Below are positions 1 to 9,400 of a stretch of DNA of 64,000 bases, piece after piece; the stretch's first letter is position 1, and every line of letters starts with the position of its first letter. The notes beneath the pieces are model-generated. The model ran no database searches. It worked only from the letters and a program-made list of their open reading frames with translations, and was not told the DNA's origin. Where the stretch lies: the NCBI GenBank assembly GCA_039033595.1, contig JBCCCG010000015.1, forward strand, positions 32,007 through 96,006. The letters run 5' to 3'. Origin of the DNA: Planctomycetota bacterium (GTDB lineage Bacteria > Planctomycetota > Phycisphaerae > Phycisphaerales > Phycisphaeraceae). The translations under genes were made by a program, and so were the position numbers.

Positions 1-14
1 ATCTGGACCCCAAT

Positions 15-593
15 ATGCCAGCGAATACTATTGAACGGCCCACACTCCGAGAACCAGAGGCCATCGGGGACCAATACTTCGCCGTAGCGACCGAACAGAA
101 CGACGGCTTCCTGCACCGCACGGCCGGGCTCAACAGCTTGTTCTACGCTAAGGATTTCGCGCTGGCCCGGCACCTGCTCACTCAGTTGACGCAGGTGGGG
201 CCGGAGACGATGAGGCAGACGGTCCCGGCCGACTCCGCGTTGAAGGCACCGTGGACGGAGATGACGCGGGCGGGGTTTTTCGCGGACTCGGACTCGCCGT
301 CTCCCTTAACGATCGGCTGGCGGTTCGATCGCGGCTTCGATCCCGACGATCCGCGGGCCGCCGATGCCTACCGGGCGGCTTTCGAGGTGTTCGGCATATC
401 GTTCCCGCGTATCCACATCGTGGAACCCGAGGCCGACCGCCTGGCCGGCTTGGCGTCGGCGGTCAGCGCTTACGCGATGCGGCTGGCCCAGCCGCCTGTC
501 GAAGACAACCGCGACTCGGCTCCCTCGGTCATCGCCTACTCGGCGCTGGCAGGTGAACCCGATGACCATGAGCCGTTAATCGACTGGTTGTAG
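15..593 (+). CDS. hypothetical protein (5' end may lie off-window)
   Basis: ORF 15..593. The frame stays open to the window edge. No family was recognised. It lies 15 nt upstream of the next same-strand ORF in an apparent operon with the rSAM gene. Confidence 0.5.
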   Translation: MPANTIERPTLREPEAIGDQYFAVATEQNDGFLHRTAGLNSLFYAKDFALARHLLTQLTQVGPETMRQTVPADSALKAPWTEMTRAGFFADSDSPSPLTIGWRFDRGFDPDDPRAADAYRAAFEVFGISFPRIHIVEPEADRLAGLASAVSAYAMRLAQPPVEDNRDSAPSVIAYSALAGEPDDHEPLIDWL

Positions 594-608
594 CGACCGG
601 GGACGTCG

Positions 609-1367
609 TTGATCTACGAAGCCGATTGGGCGTCGGGCGCGACAACGTCTGCCGCTCTGGAGGCCCTCGAGGACGAAGGCTTCTTGCTCCCATTTTGTCT
701 GACCGTCACCGCGGACCAAGTGATCGATGCCCCGCTGCGCCAGCGCTTGACCGAAACGGTTGCCGGCTTGCTGTCGGGGACCACCAACCGTGAAATCGAC
801 ATCAGGTTCTTGCCGCCGGTGTCGGCCGACCCGGAGGTGTGGGACCGCTATTACGACGGCGTCGAGGCCCTGCTGGAGTTACTGCAGGCGATCGATGCGG
901 ACCTATCCCGGCTCTCCGTCGTGCAGCGTCCGGCGTTGTGCCTCCTCCGTTCGAGGCGGGCCGATCATTTCCTCGAAGCCCGGCTGGAAGCCGGCGCCTT
1001 CCGGCTGACCCACTATTTCGACGGGTACCCGGTCGCCGACGTCCCGGCGACGGCCGGCGCAATGTCCAACATGAATCAACGGCTACTCGAATCGGAAGCG
1101 TCGGCCGATGCCGCCAACACGACGCCGTACCGTCGACTGATGACCGGGCTGTTAAGCCCTGCGCCGTCGCCGCTGGGTAACGACGTGTGTGGCGTGGTCG
1201 CCCGCCGCCGCAATCGATTATGGGAGACGCAACTCGCGTGGCTGCTGCGGGAACTGCTGGAAATCTCGCGAGAGAACGTAGCCCTGGCGACCCCGTTGCG
1301 CGTCGATATCACACCGGATCGGAAAACCGAATTCTCACCGCTTTACCCCCAGGGGCCTTTAACATGA
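609..1367 (+). CDS. hypothetical protein, translationally coupled to the radical SAM gene
   Basis: TTG-start ORF with GGGGA about 5 nt upstream. Its stop TGA (1365-1367) overlaps ATG 1364-1366 of the next gene (ATGA). No family was recognised. Confidence 0.5.
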   Translation: MIYEADWASGATTSAALEALEDEGFLLPFCLTVTADQVIDAPLRQRLTETVAGLLSGTTNREIDIRFLPPVSADPEVWDRYYDGVEALLELLQAIDADLSRLSVVQRPALCLLRSRRADHFLEARLEAGAFRLTHYFDGYPVADVPATAGAMSNMNQRLLESEASADAANTTPYRRLMTGLLSPAPSPLGNDVCGVVARRRNRLWETQLAWLLRELLEISRENVALATPLRVDITPDRKTEFSPLYPQGPLT

Positions 1368-2647
1368 CGACGTTTGAGTTGCCGCAGCTATCCCCGCCCG
1401 CCCCCGCTCCAAAGGTTCGGCGCGAGCGCCCGGTCGAGTCCCGACGCGTCAACCCCGGTTCGCTGCCGACGCTGACCACCACTACCGTGATCGACCTGGA
1501 CATCACGGACGGGTGCAACCTCGCGTGCTCGTACTGCTCCAAGAACCTCGACCACCCCAACAACATGTCGCTCGAAACCGCACGGGACGCGGTGGAATGG
1601 CTGCTCTTAGCCTCGGGGCAAGCCCAGCAGATCGGCGTCAACTTCATGGGCGGCGAGCCGTCACTGCGGTTCAAGATGATCAAGCGGCTCGTGCCCTGGG
1701 CGAAGCGGCGGGCGCAGTCGGTGGGGAAGACGATCGGGTGGAGCTTCACCTCGAACATGACCGCGTGGACGGACGAGCTGCGCGCCTGGGTCGACGACAA
1801 CGGGTGCGGCGTGCTGATGTCGATCGACGGCTGCCCCGAAGTCCAGGACGCGCAACGCCCCTCAAAGGACGGCCGCCCCAAGTCGGAGATTATCGCTCAC
1901 TGGACCCGCTCCATGCTCCGGACCCGGCCGTTGGCCGACGCACGGATGACCGTCGCGCCCAAATGGGTGCACAAGCTCTACGACAGCGTGGTCTACCTCT
2001 GGGAAGATATCGGCTTCCAGAACGTTGTCATGGCCGATGCGGATTACGACAACTGGACACTCGAACGCATCGAGACGTACCGTGAGCAACAAGCAAAGAT
2101 CGCCGATTACCTTTTCGAAGACTTCAAGCGCGGGGGGCAGAAGTCTGTCGCGATCTACGCCTACTACATGAAACACCTGGTCGATCCGCGTCAACACGGC
2201 CGGCCTACGACGGACCGGCCGTCTCCCTGTGGCGCGGGATACAACTACTGCATGATCGATTTTGTCGGCGATGTTTGGCCATGTCACCGTTTCGACGGCG
2301 CGGCCGAGGACAGCGGCACGTGCAATTGTATGCGTCTGGGTAACATCTACGACGAGGGGTATAACGAAAAACTATCCAACGCGTTCCGGTGTATCGATCA
2401 CCACATGATCGCTAAACCCGAATGCAAGACGTGCCCGGTAGAACCGATCTGTGGCGGCTTCTGCCCAGCGGCAAACCTGCAAGACACCAAAGACTCAATC
2501 TACACCCCGCACGACGGGTACTGCCGTCTTAAGTGGATCCTCTACGACACCATCGAAAAGCTTTACAACCGCATGAGGGACTACGACCCCGAGGCGTTGG
2601 AGCGCAAGATCGCCGCGATCACGATCGGCGGCACGGGCGAGACCTGA
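1364..2647 (+). CDS. radical SAM/SPASM domain maturase (anaerobic sulfatase-maturase-like)
   Basis: CNLACSYC is the CX3CX2C radical-SAM cluster motif. The C-terminal Cys pattern is CGAGYNYC...C and CKTCPVEPICGGFC (CX2CX5CX3C, SPASM). It has a GGEP-type segment (FMGGEPSL). The track ORF starts at 1187, but in-frame ATG 1364 gives ATGA coupling with the upstream gene. Confidence 0.85.
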   Translation: MTTFELPQLSPPAPAPKVRRERPVESRRVNPGSLPTLTTTTVIDLDITDGCNLACSYCSKNLDHPNNMSLETARDAVEWLLLASGQAQQIGVNFMGGEPSLRFKMIKRLVPWAKRRAQSVGKTIGWSFTSNMTAWTDELRAWVDDNGCGVLMSIDGCPEVQDAQRPSKDGRPKSEIIAHWTRSMLRTRPLADARMTVAPKWVHKLYDSVVYLWEDIGFQNVVMADADYDNWTLERIETYREQQAKIADYLFEDFKRGGQKSVAIYAYYMKHLVDPRQHGRPTTDRPSPCGAGYNYCMIDFVGDVWPCHRFDGAAEDSGTCNCMRLGNIYDEGYNEKLSNAFRCIDHHMIAKPECKTCPVEPICGGFCPAANLQDTKDSIYTPHDGYCRLKWILYDTIEKLYNRMRDYDPEALERKIAAITIGGTGET

Positions 2648-2700
2648 CCCAAGGACCCGGCCCGGAGTCGTTCTCCACCTCTACGTTGGACGCGAAAGAT

Positions 2701-2737
2701 ATCAATCGCGCGCGCCGACTCTGAACGCGCGGTTGAT
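2701..2737 (+). terminator. hairpin downstream of the rSAM operon (possible terminator, no T-tract)
   Basis: ATCAATCGCGCG-13 nt-CGCGCGGTTGAT, with 11/12 complementary, 54 nt after the stop at 2647. Confidence 0.3.
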
Positions 2738-2954
2738 GTTGGTATGGGTCGGGACACACGCCGCCCCTGCCGCGCGCCGAGTTCGGCATTGAGGCCCACG
2801 TGATCAAGCGGTGATACACACACATAACGACCGATCTCATACTCCAACCCCGGGTGAGCACAAGCTTGCGGTTTAGGCTCAATCCCCCATGTTGGATGTG
2901 TTGCGTGTCGAGGTAGGGAACGTTTTTACAGAGCTTGACCTTATCAATAAATGT

Positions 2955-2983
2955 GTGACATCAAAGCGGTATGGGCATATACT
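2955..2983 (+). promoter_or_regulatory. sigma70-like promoter candidate for the amylase gene
   Basis: GTGACA (2955-2960), a 17-nt spacer, then TATACT (2978-2983). It sits in a locally AT-richer intergenic stretch about 50 nt upstream of ATG 3034. Confidence 0.3.
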
Positions 2984-3033
2984 GGTAAACCGGTTCACCA
3001 AAACTCGCCCTCACCTCTTAAGGTCTATGTTTC

Positions 3034-6000
3034 ATGTGTTTTTCGAGAAAGCAGTTTGCCGTAATCGGCGCGTCGATACTCGCGACCGTTTCGGGGTCGG
3101 CGAGAGGGCAATCCGTTTCCCAACCCACTATTTTGCAGTGGTTTGAAGCCGACTGGCGCACTATGGAACGCCGTACCGCCGACCTGTTTACGGCCGGGTA
3201 CGGCGGTGTGTGGACCCCGCCGCCCGGACGCGGGATCTACACGACGGGCGGCAACGGGCTGGGCTACGACGTCTACGACCGCTTCGACCTCGGCTCGGCG
3301 GGCGACGAGACGCTCTACGGCACTGAGCAGGGCTACCGCTCGGCCGTGCAATCCATCCAACGCTCGGGCGCCAAGGTCTACGCCGACTACCTCATCAACC
3401 ACGCCAGCAGCTTCGACTGGACCGACTTCGACGCCAACGGCGTCCGCTTCGCCGACGACCCGAGCAACCCGTTCCAAGCCAACGGCGGGGGCAACCCCGG
3501 CTTCGGCCACGCGTTCGCCGGCGACTTCGAGGGCGACTTTCATCCCAACCCGCCGTTGTCTTCGCCGGGTTCGGCCGAATTCGAGTTCCAGTTCCAGCTC
3601 GCGCTGCTCTGGGACATCGATCACCGCAAGGACAACAACAATTTCATCCGCCAGCCCGTTAACGCCGGTGACCCAAGCAACATCCCCAACGCCGGGACCG
3701 ATCCGTTCCTCCTTCCGGAGTTTGATCGCGAGACGTTTACCTTCGACGCCGACCCCACGCCCCGCCTGGCCAATATCCCGACGGAGAAAAACCGCCGGTT
3801 CTACCCCGACCAGACCGACAGCGACGTCGTGGGCGACCACGTCCCCGGCAACCCGACGTCGGGGCTTACTTCCGTCACGCTGCAGAACTTCTCGGGCAAC
3901 GAAGCGACCACCGGCGTGCCCGTCGCCGAGAACCCGACCGCCTACCTGATGCGTCACGCCCGCTGGATGGTGCAGGACATCGGCGTTGACGGCTTCCGCG
4001 TCGACGCGGCGCGGCACGTCTACCCGTTCGTTCACGACTTCTTCGACCGCGGCGTTTGGCTCGCCGACCAACGCACCAACCTCGACGGCTCGCCCCGCCA
4101 CGTGTTCAGCTTCCTCGAGGCGTTCACCGGCGACAAAGCCCAACTCGACATCTGGCACGAAGAAGACATCACCAACCCGCTCGACACCTCGACCGTGCGG
4201 TCGAACCGCGACGTGCTCGACCTGCCGCTGTTCTTCGCGATGCACGACAACCTCACGGCCAACTCGGGCGACAACAACTGGCACAACATCCGCAACGCCA
4301 GCTTCGACGTCTTCGACGACAACCTCGTCCACGACGGCTCGGACGGCGTCATGTTCGTCTCGTCGCACGACGAAGAGGGCGCCCACCTCTCCAACGTGGC
4401 CCACGCCTATATGCTCCTGCACCCCGGCGAGGCGATCGTCTACCACAACGTCCGCGGCTTCAACAGCAACGCCCTCATCGACGAACGCCCGTTCCCCAAA
4501 GACGGCCGCGGCGACGCACTCGGCGGGCTCTACGGCGACACGATCGTCGACCTCGTGAACATCCGCAACACCCACGGCCGGGGCGACTTCATCGAGCGCT
4601 ACATCGACGAAGCTTTCGTCGACACCGACGGCGACGGCCAGCAATTCTCCAACCTCTACGTCTACGAGCGCGAGGGTTCGGCCCTGGTCGCGCTCAACTC
4701 CCGCGTCGGCGGTTTCGGCGACTGGGACCTGGCCGACGACGTGCAGACGTCCTTCGCCCCCGGCGAGATCCTCGTCGAGTTGACCGGCAACTCCCGCAAC
4801 CCGCTGATCGATTCCAACGAGGGCAACCAATTCGAGATCCCCGAGGTCCTCGTGGTCGCGGCCGACGGCACGGTCGACCTGCGCATCCCCCAGAACCACC
4901 CCGACGGCGGGGCCGAGCACAACTCGGGCTACGTCATCTACGGCCTCGCCACGCCCGACACGACCGTGTCGATCAGCAACACCTCCGGCACGCTCGGCGG
5001 CGAGATCCCCAACACCCAGACCAACGACACGGCCCTGCTGACCACCATCGACGTGATCACCGAAGACAGTTTCGAGGTCCGCCTCGATACCGCCGCGGTG
5101 ACGCACTTCGACGGCGGCCAGTCGTTCCGCGACCGCAACGCCGACGGCGACTTCGCCATCATCCGCCTCGACGACGGCCGGGAGATCAACGGCGTCAACC
5201 CCAACGGCACGATCTCGGGCGTCGACTTCGACAACCCCAACGACAACGTGACCTACGGCTTCGAGAACTTCGCCACCGAGTCCGACGCGGGCTTCTTCAA
5301 CGCCGACGGCAACGGCACGTTCCGTCAAGTTATCGACGCCACCCAGCTTGAAGAAGGCGAACACTACATCACCACCCGCGCCTTCCGCCACCGCAGCGAC
5401 GGCGGCGTGCCGGTGTACACCGAAGACCGCCGGGTGATCTACGTCGACCGTCTGTTGCCCGAGTCGGCGGTGCTGAGCTTCGACCGGCAGAACCAGTTCA
5501 TCCAGGACGAATCGCTCACCGGGCTGTTCGAGATTGCCGACGGCGACGAGCGTGACATCATCGTGCAGTCGCTCGACCTGACCGCCGAGACGGTTCATAT
5601 CTTCGCCAACGAGGGCGCGGCGGTATCGGACTTCTCGCTCGTCGCCCGCGCCCAGAACGGCGAAGGCCTGGCCGAGCAACTCGACCGCGACATCTTCCGG
5701 CTGGCCCAGTCCGGCGTCTCGTCGGGCAACCACGCGTTCACCGTGGTCACGATCGAGCCGACGGGCACGACCAACGTGCAACGCTTCGCCGGCTTCTCGG
5801 TGACCGACGGGCTCGGCAGCGGCCTGGCCGACCTCAACGCCGACGGCCTGATCAACCAGTTCGACCTGACGGCGGGCCCCGATTCCTTCGCCGAAATCTT
5901 ATTTTCACAAAATGCCCGCTTCAACCCCGCGGCCGACCTCGACGGCGATGGTCTTACCGGCTGGACCGACCTGACCGGGCTCGAGAGTGTTCTCGAAGCG

Positions 6001-6486
6001 GCGGGGACCCAGCAGTCTCTGATCGACGCATACCTCGACAACCTCTTCACTCGCCGGGGCAATGTCGATGAGCTCGGTGGAACCGACGCGGCCGATATCG
6101 ACGCGATCTACGCGGCTTTCGGCACCGACGACTGGTTTGCCGACATCGACAGCTCGGGCCTCGTGGACCAGACCGATGTCGACCTGATGCTCTCGGTCAT
6201 CCTCGGCACGGCTCAGGGCGACGCGGACCTCGACGGGGCGATCGGCCAGGCCGACCTCAACGCCGTGCTGCTGAACTGGGGCCGGACCGACGCGGGTTGG
6301 GCCACCGGGGACAACACCGGCGACGGTTTCGTCAGCCAGGCCGACCTCAACGTCGTGTTGTTGAACTGGGGCTTCAGCAGCGGCGGCGCCTCCGCGGCGC
6401 AGCGCGTGATCCCCGAGCCGGCCACCGCGGCGCTGTTCGCGCTGCTGGGCCTAGGGTTCACGACACGGCGACGCCGGACCGCTTGA
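3034..6486 (+). CDS. secreted GH13 alpha-amylase-family enzyme with dockerin-like Ca-loop repeats and a PEP-CTERM anchor
   Basis: The N-terminal signal peptide is MCFSRKQFAVIGASILATVSGSARG. GH13 regions are DYLINH, GVDGFRVDAARH, LEAFTGD and FVSSHDEE. Five D-x-[DN]-x-[DS]-G-x-[ILV]-x-x-x-D loops lie at 5830-6375. The C-terminal VIPEPATAALFALLGLGFTTRRRR lies at 6406-6483. Confidence 0.85.
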   Translation: MCFSRKQFAVIGASILATVSGSARGQSVSQPTILQWFEADWRTMERRTADLFTAGYGGVWTPPPGRGIYTTGGNGLGYDVYDRFDLGSAGDETLYGTEQGYRSAVQSIQRSGAKVYADYLINHASSFDWTDFDANGVRFADDPSNPFQANGGGNPGFGHAFAGDFEGDFHPNPPLSSPGSAEFEFQFQLALLWDIDHRKDNNNFIRQPVNAGDPSNIPNAGTDPFLLPEFDRETFTFDADPTPRLANIPTEKNRRFYPDQTDSDVVGDHVPGNPTSGLTSVTLQNFSGNEATTGVPVAENPTAYLMRHARWMVQDIGVDGFRVDAARHVYPFVHDFFDRGVWLADQRTNLDGSPRHVFSFLEAFTGDKAQLDIWHEEDITNPLDTSTVRSNRDVLDLPLFFAMHDNLTANSGDNNWHNIRNASFDVFDDNLVHDGSDGVMFVSSHDEEGAHLSNVAHAYMLLHPGEAIVYHNVRGFNSNALIDERPFPKDGRGDALGGLYGDTIVDLVNIRNTHGRGDFIERYIDEAFVDTDGDGQQFSNLYVYEREGSALVALNSRVGGFGDWDLADDVQTSFAPGEILVELTGNSRNPLIDSNEGNQFEIPEVLVVAADGTVDLRIPQNHPDGGAEHNSGYVIYGLATPDTTVSISNTSGTLGGEIPNTQTNDTALLTTIDVITEDSFEVRLDTAAVTHFDGGQSFRDRNADGDFAIIRLDDGREINGVNPNGTISGVDFDNPNDNVTYGFENFATESDAGFFNADGNGTFRQVIDATQLEEGEHYITTRAFRHRSDGGVPVYTEDRRVIYVDRLLPESAVLSFDRQNQFIQDESLTGLFEIADGDERDIIVQSLDLTAETVHIFANEGAAVSDFSLVARAQNGEGLAEQLDRDIFRLAQSGVSSGNHAFTVVTIEPTGTTNVQRFAGFSVTDGLGSGLADLNADGLINQFDLTAGPDSFAEILFSQNARFNPAADLDGDGLTGWTDLTGLESVLEAAGTQQSLIDAYLDNLFTRRGNVDELGGTDAADIDAIYAAFGTDDWFADIDSSGLVDQTDVDLMLSVILGTAQGDADLDGAIGQADLNAVLLNWGRTDAGWATGDNTGDGFVSQADLNVVLLNWGFSSGGASAAQRVIPEPATAALFALLGLGFTTRRRRTA

Positions 6487-6487
6487 A

Positions 6488-9400
6488 TCAGCGACAGTCG
6501 ACTTCGAGCTCGCCGCGCGACCCGCGCAGCTTCTCCGCCAAAGCCGCGCGGTCGAAGCGCAACCCACCGGTGCGGTACGGATTCGTTTCCCGCCCGACAC
6601 TCTCCAACGCCCGCCCGTCGAGCCGCACCTCGCGCACCGCGTTGAAGCGTTCCTCTCCGATGCGGAACGTCACGGCGCACTCGACGCCGAGTAGCGTCAG
6701 CCGGGCGACCAAGCCGTCGTGTCGGTCGGTCATCACCGGGTCGAACACGAACCGATCGAAATCGCCGCGCAGCCCCAGCCACTGGCGGACGATCAGGCCG
6801 AGGTAGATCCCCGGGCCGCTGGAATACACCCGCCACCCGCCGTGCACCGGCACCTCGCCGCGCAGCAGCGCGTCGTACCGCGCTTCGGAGTCCGGGCGGT
6901 TCAGGAACGCCGCGTCGCTGGAGCTGAAGTAGCAGTTGGCCTGCCGCGGCGCGGCGTTGGGCACGCTCTGTTCCAGGCCGACCGGGTTCACCTTCAGCAG
7001 CGCCTCGGCGAACGCTTCGGCTCGCCCCAGCTTCGCCACCGCTTCGGCGTAACGCAGGTGGGCGTGGACGTACATCAGCCCGATCTCCCGGCCGAAAAAC
7101 GACGCGGACTCGAGCCGTTGGAAATGCGTCGTCGTGCCGCCGGTGTAGTGCGGCGGGCGGTCCATGAGTCGGGCCCCGTCGGGCGCGAGCAGGTGCTGGT
7201 CGATGAGCGAGGCGTGGTGCGCCGCCTGCTCGGGGGTGAACAACTCGGAGATGATGCCGCGGATCATGGGTAGCAAGCGGTAGCGCACGCCGGTGTGTGT
7301 GTCGCGCGGGTGGAGCAGGTGCCGCGCCTCGGCCGGGTCGTCGTCGTACAGGTACAGCCCCGCGATCTGGTCGTCGGCGACGAGCAGGCGGTTGAAGTCG
7401 TCCCGCACCGCGTCGGCCGTGGCGTCGTGCCGATGCGCGGCGTCGGCGTCACCCGCGTGCCGCATGGTCTGGGCATAACCGCGCAGCGCCTGATAGAACA
7501 ACGCCACGGTCCAGCTGCTGACCATCGACTCGCGCATCTCGGGCCGGGCGGGTTGGAGCGAGTCGTTCCAGTCGCCGTCGCCGTAGGCCAGCAGCGACGT
7601 GCTGGGCACGAAGCGGCCGCGCAGCTTGTCGATCGCGAGGTCGAGGTGCCGCCGCAGCGTTTGCATCTGTTCGGTGAGCGCAAACGGCGGTTCGGACCGG
7701 GTGAACGGCGCCGAGCGATCCAGCAGGCTCGGATCGCCGGTCGCCCGCAGCACATTGACCGCGGCGATGATCGGCCAGACCGCGACGTCGCCGTGGCTGT
7801 GCGGGCTCTGGATGCTCTGAAACGGCGGGTGCATCGTCCACTGCGGCCACGCGCCGGAGTCCGCGTACTGGTGGGCGAACACGTCTTCGAGGATGCGCAC
7901 CGCGGTGGCGTGCTCACCGCGCGCCAGCAGCCACTCGATCGGGCCCTGGCAGACATCACGCATGCCCCACGCCGCGCCGCCGTACTGCTCGATGCCGTGG
8001 GGCGCGGTGAGATGGATCGCCGCGTTGTGCTCGAACCACGGCAACGCCTCGGCGAGACGGCGCACCGGCTCGGCGGGGTGTTCGAGCGCGGGCAGCGCCG
8101 CGCCACGGTCGGACTCCGCTCGCCGATCCAGTTCGTCCTCGCCCTCCGCCGCCGGCCCGAGCGTCCCGCGGATCGACCAGCCCCACGACTTCACCGCCGC
8201 GGTCTGCGCCACCAAGTACGGCAGGCCCCGCCGCTTGCCGTCCCCATAAAGCAGCTCGTCGCCGCCCAAGTCGGCGGGCGGCTCGTCGAACGCCCACGTC
8301 CACGACGCCCGCGGATACCGCTGGCGGATCATCGTCGCGTCGCCCGGGGTCAGCGTGACGTGCGAGCGGTCCAGCGCGACCGCGACCTCGCCGGGATGCT
8401 CGTGTTCACGATCGCCGAGCGCCAGGTGGGCGGTCATCCGCAACCGCTGCGGAGGGCCATCGATCTCGACTCGCCAATGCAGCGTCGGCCCGGGCGACTC
8501 GCTTTCGGGGGAATCGCTTCTGGAGGCGTGGTCGGCGGCGGCGGTGACGGTGATTCGTGAGTGGTCGTCGAGTTGATACACCCACACGCAATCGTCTACG
8601 CCCATGTCGAACGCCGACGCGACCCCGAGCGGCTCCCACGAGATCCCGGCCGCGTCCCAGACCGACAGCCGCAGGCCATCGGCCTGCGTGAGGTTAAGCG
8701 GGTCGCGGCTCACGGCCAGGAGTTTGTTGAACGTCGTGTTGCCCAGGCAGATGTGCGAGGCGAACACGCCGTGGGCGTAGCCGGTGCTGCACAGGGTCTC
8801 GCCGCCGGGCAGACGCTCTCGCCCGGCCATGAGCAGGTGGGCGGTGCGCCGATCGGCCGCGAGTTCTTTGTGGCGCGTCACCGTGTGGCGGCCGTCGCCG
8901 TGGAAGAACGAAGCCAACTCGCCGTCAACGCTTTCGGCGTGGCGGTGGAGCCCGGGAAAAAGCCCATCGAGTTCGGCAGGAGTCAACGGCTTGCCCGCCC
9001 GGGGGGTCGGCTTCGCTTCGACCATCGCCGACTCGTCGAGGATTTCTCGCGTCTCGGTTCGCTGAGCCCACGCAAGGTTCGACGCCGCGGCATCGAGGAG
9101 CTTCAGGTCATCGATAGCGGTCGCCGCGGGATGGTCCGGCGTGAAGCAAGCAAGGAAGCGGCACTCCGCGGGTTCGGAGGCCGTGAGCGCCACCGGCCGG
9201 GACTGCAGCGCGTGGCAGGAAAACTCGTATTGTCGGTTGCGCGTCGGCAGCTCGTCGGCCACGGCGACGGGGCGCGCATCGCCGCGGTGGCTGGGGCCGA
9301 AGAAGTCGAACCCGTCGGTCAGCCCGCCGGCCGCGCCGGGCAGGCAGGCGTGCAGAAGCGCGGGGTGCCGGCCGTCTTGTGCCAGGTTTTGCCGCGCCGC

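Noticed and set aside
2889-3146. 85-aa + ORF overlapping the amylase start
   Set aside because: It lies in the promoter/5' UTR region, runs out of frame into the amylase signal peptide, and has no motif or RBS.
3025-5781. 918-aa ORF on the minus strand, antisense to the amylase gene
   Set aside because: Its composition is Val/Ala/Gly/Asp/Arg-biased and low-complexity, and it mirrors the GC3-rich sense frame. The + frame carries unambiguous GH13 motifs, so this is a shadow ORF of high-GC DNA.
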